DNA of 32,105 nt from Nocardioidaceae bacterium (GTDB taxonomy: Bacteria > Actinomycetota > Actinomycetes > Propionibacteriales > Nocardioidaceae): positions 1 through 32,105 of the forward strand of contig DASTGV010000105.1 in the NCBI GenBank assembly GCA_035718765.1. The letters run 5' to 3'. The notes beneath the pieces are model-generated. The model worked only from the letters and a program-made list of their open reading frames with translations, did not search any database and was not told where the DNA came from. Made by a program: the position numbers and the translations under genes. This document shows positions 25,228 to 32,105 of this stretch, one piece after another; the first letter of the stretch is position 1, and the number at the start of each line of letters is the position of its first letter.

Positions 25228-26247
25228 TCAGCGGGTGCGGAGGTAGTCGGCCGCGACCGCCCGGAGCCGGTCGTGGGTCCCGTCGTACGCGGGGACGGCG
25301 CCGAGCAGGCTCTTCGGCAGCTTCGCGACCATCGTGTAGTTGGTGTCCACGACGTTGCCCGCCGGTGCGAGACCGGCCTGGCTGACCAGCTGGTAGGCGT
25401 CGAGCTCCTCGAGCCCGAGCAGCGAGCCCGTCCACCCGACCAGGTCGAGCTGGCTCATCCGGAACGCGTCCTCGAGCGGGCGGCCCGAGCCCGTCGTCAT
25501 CAGGAACGCGTCGCTCTCGATGCGGGGCGACGCGGGCGCCTGACCCTTCAGCAGGTCGACGACCACGACCGTGTTCATGGCCGCCTCCACCGCGGTGCCG
25601 CACACCTCGCCCTCGCCCTGACGGGCGTGCCCGTCACCGAGCGACAGCATGCCGCCGGCGACGTTGACCGGGAAGTACGCCGTCACGCCGGCGCGCATCT
25701 CCGGGGTGTCCATGTTCCCGCCGTGCGCGGCCGGCGTGATGCTCATCAGGACCTCGCCGGCGGCCGGCGCGACCCCCACCGTGCCGTGCATGGGGTCGAG
25801 CGGGAGCTCCAGCGAGAGCTCGGACCGGCGGGCCTGGAAGCGGCAGGTCCCCGCCGCCACGTCGATCTCGTACATCCACACCCGCTCCTCGAGGGCCGGG
25901 TGCAGCATCGCGGTCGCGTGCGTGGTGGTCAGCGCCCCGAAGTGCGGGAAGGTGCTCGACGCGCCCCAGTCCCGGGCCGGCACGATCTCCACGAAGTGCA
26001 CGGCCAGCGTGTCGCCGGGCTCGGCCCCCTCGACCGCGATGGGGCCGGTCACCGGGTTCAGGAAGGGGAAGGTGCACACCTGGCTCGGCAGGTCGCCGAC
26101 GCCGCGCACGTTGCCGGCGAAGCAGTCCTCGGTGGACAGCTCCACGATGGTCCCGGGCGTGACGGTGAGGAGCGGCTCGCGTCCGCCGAACGCGTAGGCG
26201 TACTGCTCCGGGGTCGGGGTCAGGGTGCGGACCTCCGGACCGCTCAT
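25228..26247 (-). CDS. Acetamidase/formamidase family protein
   Basis: ATG at 26247 overlaps the permease stop (ATGA). Motifs NPVTGPIAVEGAEPGDTL, HGGNMD, SLGDGHARQGEGEVCGTAVE. Confidence 0.94.
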   Translation of the reverse strand: MSGPEVRTLTPTPEQYAYAFGGREPLLTVTPGTIVELSTEDCFAGNVRGVGDLPSQVCTFPFLNPVTGPIAVEGAEPGDTLAVHFVEIVPARDWGASSTFPHFGALTTTHATAMLHPALEERVWMYEIDVAAGTCRFQARRSELSLELPLDPMHGTVGVAPAAGEVLMSITPAAHGGNMDTPEMRAGVTAYFPVNVAGGMLSLGDGHARQGEGEVCGTAVEAAMNTVVVVDLLKGQAPASPRIESDAFLMTTGSGRPLEDAFRMSQLDLVGWTGSLLGLEELDAYQLVSQAGLAPAGNVVDTNYTMVAKLPKSLLGAVPAYDGTHDRLRAVAADYLRTR

Positions 26248-27653
26248 CGGGCCTCCTCGCCGGTGGCGGTGGCCTCGTCGAGGACGAGGCTCGGGCGGCG
26301 ACCGGTGACCAGCAGGAAGACGAGCAGCACCACGCCGATGCCCAGCCACACGAAGCCCAGCTTCTGTGCGGCGACGTTCGCGTTGATCACCACGAACGCG
26401 AGGATGACGAACCCGATGACCGGTGCGACCAGGTGGCGCCACCAGTCCCGGCTGCCGTTGCGCACCACGTAGTGCCACACCACGGAGACGTGCAGCACCA
26501 GGAAGGCCGTGAGCGCCCCGAAGTTGACCAGGGTGCTGAGCAGGGTGATGCCGTCGGCGCGCGAGGCCATGTAGAGCCCCAGCGCGAGGGACACCAGCGC
26601 GGTCAGCAGCGTCGCGTTGACCGGCACGCCCTTCTTCGGGTGCACCTTGGCCAGCAGGGACGGCAGCTGGCGGTCGCGTGCCATCGCGTACAGCAGCCGC
26701 GAGGTGGCGGCCTGGGCCACGAGGGCGTTCGCGAACCCCCACGCGATCGCGGTCGCCAGAGCGGTGAGCTTCGACAGCCACGCACCGCCCGCGACGGCGG
26801 CGGCGTCGTAGAACGCCGTACCGCCGGGATCGCCCTTGCTGATCAGGGCCTCCGGGTTCGGCACGAGCAGGGACGCGACCCAGGTCTGCACGATGAAGAG
26901 CGTCCCGGCCAGCAGCAGCGCGGCCACCATCGAACGCCCGATCGCGCGCGCCGACTCCTTGTTCTCCTCGGCCAGCATCGAGATGCCGTCGAAGCCGAGG
27001 AAGGAGAGCACGGCGATCGAGACGGCGCCGAGCACCAGCGACAGGGAGAAGGTGTCGGCGTTGTAGACGGGGCTGAAGTCGAACCCACGGCCCTTGCCCT
27101 GGGCGAGGGCGACGACGCCGATGACGATGAAGATCGCCAGCACCACCAGCTCACCGATGAGCATGATCTTGTTGACCCGTGCGGTCATCTCGATGCCCAT
27201 GTAGTTCACGACCGTGTTCAGCACCACGAACCCGATGAGCCAGATCCAGACGGGGATCGAGGGGACCAGGGAGTTCATCGCGATGGCGGCGATCAGGTAG
27301 AGCAGGCCGGGCACCAGCACGTAGTCGAGCAGGATCATCCAGCCGGACAGGAAGCCGACCGGGGCCGCGATGCCGCGCCCGGCGTAGGTGTACACCGAGC
27401 CGGCCATCGGGAAGGCCTGCGACATCTGCGCGTAGGACAGCGCGGTGAACATCATCGCCACCATGCCGATGGCGTAGGCCAGGGCGACCATGCCGCCGGA
27501 GCCCTGGAAGACACCGCCGAAGATGCCGAACGGCGCGATCGGCACCATGAACACCAGCCCGTAGACCAGCAGGTCGGCGAAGCTCAGGGACCGGTGCAGC
27601 TCCTGCTTGTACCCGTAGCGCTCGATGCTCTCGGGCGCCGTGCTGTCGCTCAT
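26244..27653 (-). CDS. APC family amino acid/amide permease
   Basis: ATG at 27653 with GAGG RBS. YGYKQELHRSL, YGLVFMVPIAP, AGSVYTY, SFLGFDGIS, SRLLYAMARD; about 12 TM segments. Confidence 0.93.
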   Translation of the reverse strand: MSDSTAPESIERYGYKQELHRSLSFADLLVYGLVFMVPIAPFGIFGGVFQGSGGMVALAYAIGMVAMMFTALSYAQMSQAFPMAGSVYTYAGRGIAAPVGFLSGWMILLDYVLVPGLLYLIAAIAMNSLVPSIPVWIWLIGFVVLNTVVNYMGIEMTARVNKIMLIGELVVLAIFIVIGVVALAQGKGRGFDFSPVYNADTFSLSLVLGAVSIAVLSFLGFDGISMLAEENKESARAIGRSMVAALLLAGTLFIVQTWVASLLVPNPEALISKGDPGGTAFYDAAAVAGGAWLSKLTALATAIAWGFANALVAQAATSRLLYAMARDRQLPSLLAKVHPKKGVPVNATLLTALVSLALGLYMASRADGITLLSTLVNFGALTAFLVLHVSVVWHYVVRNGSRDWWRHLVAPVIGFVILAFVVINANVAAQKLGFVWLGIGVVLLVFLLVTGRRPSLVLDEATATGEEAR

Positions 27654-27694
27654 CTCTGCCTCGCTTCTGGAGCCGGAGTCCCCCGATCGGGGCG

Positions 27695-27726
27695 AGCGTA
27701 TGCCCAACTACTTCCAGATGGAAGCA
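27695..27726 (-). promoter_or_regulatory. Promoter of the permease-amidase operon with overlapping palindromic operator
   Basis: -10 TACGCT (27695-27700) and, 17 nt away, -35-like TTCCAT (27718-27723) inside the inverted repeat CTTCCA-GA-TGGAAG (27711-27724). Confidence 0.6.
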
Positions 27727-28803
27727 TCACGCCACGCTGGTCACCACCGAGAAGTCGAGCCCGTCCGCCCGGGCGAGGTGCACGCCGCCGGGGCGACCGC
27801 CCGCCCGCCTTCCGGCGGAGGCTGCGAGCGTGCGGTCCGGGCGCAGCCGGGACTCGTTGGCCAGGGAGGCGAGCAGGTGCAGCCCGTCGTAGACGCCGGC
27901 CGCGTAGGTGTCGAGCAGCGGCGCCTGCGGTCCGAAGAGCGAGAAGTACCGCTCCGCCAGGCTCTGGTACCGCTCGTCGGCGAGCGAGGCGAACGACGGC
28001 ATCGCGGCGTAGAGCAGGCCGCTGCGGTCGCCGTCGCACGCCAGCAGGCCGTTCTCCTCCAGCGCTCCGGCCAGCCGCACGAGGTGCCGGTCGAGGTCGG
28101 CCTGACGCAGCGCGCGGTTGAACGCGGCCAGGTCCCTCCCCACCAGGCTGAGCAGCAGCGCGTCGGGAGCCGACCGGCGCAGCTCCTCGACGAGCCGGTC
28201 GAGGTGGGCGTGCACCTGCCCGAGGGGCACCAGCCGGTCGAGGACCACCCGGCCGCCCGCACCGCCGACCAGCCCGGTCGCGGCGCGGTGCACGCTCTGC
28301 GGCCAGATGTAGTCGTTGCCGACCAGCGCCCAGCGCCGCAGCGAGTGGTGCGCGGTCAGCCAGGCGATCGGCAGGGCCAGCTGGTGCACCGGGTCCGTGC
28401 CGATGCAGACGACCCCGGGGCCACGCGGGCCGCCTTCGTGCGGGGGCGTGAAGACGTACGGCGTGCGGCCCGCGACCGTGGCCTCGACGGCCCGGTGCAC
28501 GTCACTGGTGTGGAAGCCGACCAGGGCGTCCACGGCGTCGGCGGCACACAGCCGCTCGACCTCGGCCGCGACCTCCGCCGGCGAGCGGCCGCCGTCGACG
28601 AGCACCAGGTCGACGTACGCGCCGTGGACGCCGTCGGTGACGTTCAGCTCGTGAGCGGCGAGCAGGCCGGCGTTCACGGCGGAGGGGCCGGTCATGCCGA
28701 GCGCGCCCGACTGCGGCACCACCAGCCCGACCCGCAGACGACCGGGACCGCGAGCCAGGAGCTGCGCCTCCAGCGGGTCGGCCAACCGGGCCTCGATCCT
28801 CAC
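27727..28803 (-). CDS. AmiC-like cytoplasmic amide-binding regulator (periplasmic binding protein type 1 fold)
   Basis: RVGLVVPQSG, VGFHTSDV, YVFTPPHEGG, VGNDYIWP, ALEEN motifs. No signal peptide; adjacent to amidase and MarR genes. Confidence 0.85.
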   Translation of the reverse strand: MRIEARLADPLEAQLLARGPGRLRVGLVVPQSGALGMTGPSAVNAGLLAAHELNVTDGVHGAYVDLVLVDGGRSPAEVAAEVERLCAADAVDALVGFHTSDVHRAVEATVAGRTPYVFTPPHEGGPRGPGVVCIGTDPVHQLALPIAWLTAHHSLRRWALVGNDYIWPQSVHRAATGLVGGAGGRVVLDRLVPLGQVHAHLDRLVEELRRSAPDALLLSLVGRDLAAFNRALRQADLDRHLVRLAGALEENGLLACDGDRSGLLYAAMPSFASLADERYQSLAERYFSLFGPQAPLLDTYAAGVYDGLHLLASLANESRLRPDRTLAASAGRRAGGRPGGVHLARADGLDFSVVTSVA

Positions 28804-28848
28804 GGCACGAGTATGCTCCAGGCGACTGCAGCAGAGAGGGAGGCGAGC

Positions 28849-29271
28849 ATGGGTCCGCGCACGCTGCCGGCCACGCCTTCACTCGTGGAGACCCTGGTCC
28901 TCGCCCAGCGACGAGCCGTCCGCGGCCTGGCCGCGCGGCTCGCCGACGACGGCTGCACCCTCGACCAGTGGCGGGTCCTGAGGGCCCTCGACGACGACGA
29001 AGGTCATGTCATGGGCGAGCTGGCCGACTCGCTGCAGATCGCGCAGCCCACCCTCACCCGCGTCGTCGACGGCCTGGTCGACTCCGCCTGGGTCTACCGG
29101 CGCCCGTCCCTGGAGGACCGCCGGCGGGTCGCCGTCCACCTGTCGCGGCAGGGCCGGGTCCGGCTGGGACGGCTCGACGCGATCGTGCGGGCCCACGAGG
29201 ACGCACTGCGGGCCTCCCCGGACTGGGCGGACGTGCAGAGCCTGATCTCCGGACTGTCCCGCACGCCCTGA
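28849..29271 (+). CDS. MarR family transcriptional regulator (AmiA-like)
   Basis: GGGAGG RBS; TLDQWRVLRAL, MGELADSLQIAQPTLTRVVDGLV, EDRRRVAVHLSRQG. Confidence 0.92.
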   Translation: MGPRTLPATPSLVETLVLAQRRAVRGLAARLADDGCTLDQWRVLRALDDDEGHVMGELADSLQIAQPTLTRVVDGLVDSAWVYRRPSLEDRRRVAVHLSRQGRVRLGRLDAIVRAHEDALRASPDWADVQSLISGLSRTP

Positions 29272-29280
29272 GCCCGGCGG

Positions 29281-31092
29281 TCACCGCTCGACCAGCGACT
29301 CCCGCGCCACCACGTGCTGGATCGGGACGTCGTACTTCTCCCGCGCGTCCGCGACGACACCGTGCCGCAGCCACGTGGACCGGTCCTCGGGATGGGTCGA
29401 GATGACCACGTGGTCGGGCCGGAACTCCCGGACCGCCTTGTCCAGGGCGACCAGCGGCCGGTAGTCGCCAAGCTCCCCGTCGACGGTGAGCCCCTGGTTG
29501 CGCAGCGTCTCCAGGGTCTGCTCGAGGCGCTGGCCGGCGCTGCGGGTCGCGGCCTCCCACACGAACGCCGCGCCCTCCCTCTCGGCGTCGCCGGTGTCGA
29601 CCGGGTTCGCCGGCACGACCACGAAGTACTCGGCCTGCTCGCTGCCCTGGATGCGGTGCAGCGCGTCGTGCAGCGCGCCGTCCTCCATGGTCTGGTTGGC
29701 CAGCACCACGATCCGCTTCGCCCGGCTGGTGTCCTCCAGCTCCTCGGGGGCCACCGAGCCGCCCTGCCAGCGGGTGATGGCGTACAGCCCCAGCACCACG
29801 CCCCACGACAGCAGGCTCAGCAGCAGCTGCGAGCGGGTGTCGCTCTTCACGCCGAGCTGCACCAGGACGGCCACGATCCCGACCGCCGCGAGGATGGTCA
29901 GGAACGGGAACCCCCACATCTTCACCTTCAGGTCGTCCTCGTCCGCGCGCCGGCGCAGCACGAACTCGGAGACCGCGATCAGCAGGTAGACGAACAGGAT
30001 CACCGCACCCGACGAGTTGAGCAGGAACGTGAAGACCTTGTCCGGGGACACGTAGGCCGCGATCACGCTCAGGAATCCGACCACCGTCGAGAACAGGATC
30101 GCCCACACCGGCACGCCCCGGCGGTTCACCGTGATCAGCCGCATCGGTGCCTCGCGGCGGGCGGCGAGCACGAACAGCATCCGGGAGGCGGTGTAGAGCC
30201 CGGAGTTCAGGCAGGACAGCACCGCGGTGAGCACGACCGCGTTCATGACCTGGTCGGCGTACGGGATGCCCATCTTGGTGAACGCCGCGACGTACGGCGA
30301 GGCGCCGAGCTCGTTGTCGTTCCACGGCACGATGCACACCAGCAGGATCATCGACCCGACGAAGAAGGTCGCCACCCGCAGGATCACCGACTGGGTGGCC
30401 TTGGCGATCGCCTTCTCGGGGTCGTGCGACTCCGCGGCCGCGACGGTGGCGATCTCCGCGCCGACCATCGAGAACACCACGACCACGATGCTGGAGAAGA
30501 TCGCGCCGACGCCGTTCGGGAAGAACCCGCCGTGGCTGGTCATGTTGCTCATGTCGAAGCCCTTGTTCGGCCACAGCCCGACGACGAACAGGGTGCCGAG
30601 CACCAGGAACGCGATGATCGCGAACACCTTGATCCCGGCGAACCAGTACTCGAACTCGCCGTACGACCGGACCGACACCAGGTTCGTCGCGGTCATCAGC
30701 ACCATCAGCCCCAGCGACAGCAGCCAGAGCGGCGCGTCGAACCAGAAGGTGATGATCTTCGCGCCGGCGACGGCCTCGAAGCCGACCACGATCACCCAGA
30801 AGTACCAGTACAGCCAGGCCACCGAGAAGCCCGCCCAGCCGCCGAGCGCCTTGCGCGCGTAGTCCGCGAACGAGCCGGTGGTCGGGTTCGCGGTGGCCAT
30901 CTCGCCGAGCATCCGCATCACCAGGATGATCAGCACCCCGGTGATCAGGTAGCTCAGGAACGCCGCCGGTCCGGTCTCGTTGATCACGACCCCGGACCCG
31001 ACGAACAGCCCGGCGCCGATGACGCCGCCGATCGCGATCATGGTCAGGTGCCGTTGCTTCAGGCCCCGCTTGAGCTCGGTGGATTCGGTCAT
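29281..31092 (-). CDS. GabP-like amino acid permease with C-terminal USP-like domain
   Basis: LKQRHLTMIAIGGVIGAGLFVGSG, YGEFEYWFAGIK, LSCLNSGLYTASRMLF; about 12 TM segments, then a ~140-aa soluble alpha/beta tail. Confidence 0.92.
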   Translation of the reverse strand: MTESTELKRGLKQRHLTMIAIGGVIGAGLFVGSGVVINETGPAAFLSYLITGVLIILVMRMLGEMATANPTTGSFADYARKALGGWAGFSVAWLYWYFWVIVVGFEAVAGAKIITFWFDAPLWLLSLGLMVLMTATNLVSVRSYGEFEYWFAGIKVFAIIAFLVLGTLFVVGLWPNKGFDMSNMTSHGGFFPNGVGAIFSSIVVVVFSMVGAEIATVAAAESHDPEKAIAKATQSVILRVATFFVGSMILLVCIVPWNDNELGASPYVAAFTKMGIPYADQVMNAVVLTAVLSCLNSGLYTASRMLFVLAARREAPMRLITVNRRGVPVWAILFSTVVGFLSVIAAYVSPDKVFTFLLNSSGAVILFVYLLIAVSEFVLRRRADEDDLKVKMWGFPFLTILAAVGIVAVLVQLGVKSDTRSQLLLSLLSWGVVLGLYAITRWQGGSVAPEELEDTSRAKRIVVLANQTMEDGALHDALHRIQGSEQAEYFVVVPANPVDTGDAEREGAAFVWEAATRSAGQRLEQTLETLRNQGLTVDGELGDYRPLVALDKAVREFRPDHVVISTHPEDRSTWLRHGVVADAREKYDVPIQHVVARESLVER

Positions 31093-31243
31093 CGGACGCC
31101 CTTCGCTCGAGAGTCACGCCGCAGCCGGTCATGGAGGGCTTACCCGCCTGAGGGCCCGTCCACGCCCCGGTCCAGCCCGTCGGTTGACAGGCGAGCGTGC
31201 CGAGCCTCGAGACCCTGAGCCGAAGAGCGAGGATCCTGTGCTC

Positions 31244-31348
31244 ATGGAGTGGGTGTGCGAGTACTGCGGGGCCGAGGGCGAGTCGTCCGAACCGGTCGAC
31301 GAGATCCAGTGCCCGACCTGCGGCGAGCCGGTCACGCCCAAGGGCTGA
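31244..31348 (+). CDS. 34-aa zinc-ribbon microprotein
   Basis: MEWVCEYCGAEGESSEPVDEIQCPTCGEPVTPKG has two CxxC pairs, GAGGA upstream and GC3-rich codons. Confidence 0.7.
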   Translation: MEWVCEYCGAEGESSEPVDEIQCPTCGEPVTPKG

Positions 31349-31356
31349 GCTCGACG

Positions 31357-32103
31357 TCACTCCTCGTCGAACAGCCCCGCCTCCTCGGCGTCGAGTCCGG
31401 GCAGGGGCGCGTCCTTCTCCCGTCGTGACTCGCGGCGGCGGCGCGCCACGACGTACCCCTGGTCCAGCAGGTCCCGACCGAGCTGACGCTCGACCACCAG
31501 CCGGAGGGCCCGTCGCAGCAGGTTGACGGTCTGCTCGGCGTGGCTCATCTCGTGACCGCAGACCTCGGCCTCCTCGGCGTCGCCGTGCAGGACCGCCTGG
31601 TCACGTGCCTGCCGCCAGGCGGTCTCCTGCTCGCTGTTCCAGGTGATCAGCTCGAGGATCAGGTCCCGGTCCATCGCGCACACGCTCGCCGCCAGCTCCG
31701 GCGTGAGCGAGCCCGGCGACTCGGCGTCGAGCTGGAGCAGCGTCAGCATCGCGGGATGCATCGCCTCCGGCCGGGACTCGCGGTCCTCCTCGTCCGTGGC
31801 GTCGGGCTCGCCCGGCCCCTCGTCGTCCTCCGTCGTCTCGAACATCCGCCGGCCGCCGACCCGGGCCACCAGGTCGTCATCGAGCGAGTCGACCGACGAG
31901 GACATCAGCCCGAGCATCGCGCGCAGGTGCTCGGGGGCGAAGGGGTAGGCCGGGAGGTACATGTGCACCATGACGTCGTCCCCGGACAGCACGAACTTCA
32001 GGAACCGCTGGTCCCGGTTGAGCACGGAGACCTCGAAGGCCGCGCGGTCCCGGTCACCCACCTCGCAGACGAGCGGGCAGAACAGCTGGATGACCGGCGC
32101 CTC
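31357..32103 (-). CDS. YbjN/T3SS-chaperone-like (TY-Chap) domain protein (5' partial)
   Basis: Frame is open to the window edge (EAPVIQLFCPLVCEV...VLNRDQRFLKFVL...LPAYPFAPEHL...DDDLVARVGGRR), resembling YbjN-like folds. Family call is from recognition only. Confidence 0.6.
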   Translation of the reverse strand, partial: EAPVIQLFCPLVCEVGDRDRAAFEVSVLNRDQRFLKFVLSGDDVMVHMYLPAYPFAPEHLRAMLGLMSSSVDSLDDDLVARVGGRRMFETTEDDEGPGEPDATDEEDRESRPEAMHPAMLTLLQLDAESPGSLTPELAASVCAMDRDLILELITWNSEQETAWRQARDQAVLHGDAEEAEVCGHEMSHAEQTVNLLRRALRLVVERQLGRDLLDQGYVVARRRRESRREKDAPLPGLDAEEAGLFDEE

Positions 32104-32105
32104 CT

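Noticed and set aside
27625-29271. 548-aa ORF as a long MarR fusion
   Set aside because: The N-terminal part is antisense to the amiC-like gene; MarR has its own GGGAGG RBS and ATG at 28849.
1-32105. Mobile elements, prophage, CRISPR arrays, tRNA/rRNA
   Set aside because: No transposase, integrase or phage structural genes, regularly spaced repeats or RNA-gene signatures were seen.

Overview
High-GC actinobacterial chromosomal segment (Nocardioidaceae-like gene content; the taxon is an inference). It holds 28 supported CDS and no recognisable rRNA, tRNA, CRISPR array, integrase or transposase. In order: partial SGNH hydrolase; heteromeric acyl-CoA dehydrogenase pair plus a DUF4326 gene; a translationally coupled recC-recB-recD operon; a three-gene cluster of two Excalibur Ca-binding proteins and a DUF4236 protein; a Tat-exported protein; DUF1918; a 2H phosphoesterase; a two-gene operon of a receiver/thioredoxin-reductase-like fusion lacking CxxC and a membrane class III nucleotidyl cyclase; a DivIVA-domain protein; a DEAD-box helicase with a structured leader; an LLM oxidoreductase; a small hypothetical protein; a tandem ABM-like protein; an OafA-type acyltransferase; an amidase module (formamidase, APC permease, AmiC-like sensor, MarR regulator, candidate operator); a GabP-like permease fused to a USP-like domain; a 34-aa Zn-ribbon microprotein; and a partial YbjN-like chaperone. 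The best candidate for an undescribed system is the flavoprotein-cyclase operon with its convergent 2H phosphoesterase. All family calls come from motif recognition by eye; no database searches were run.
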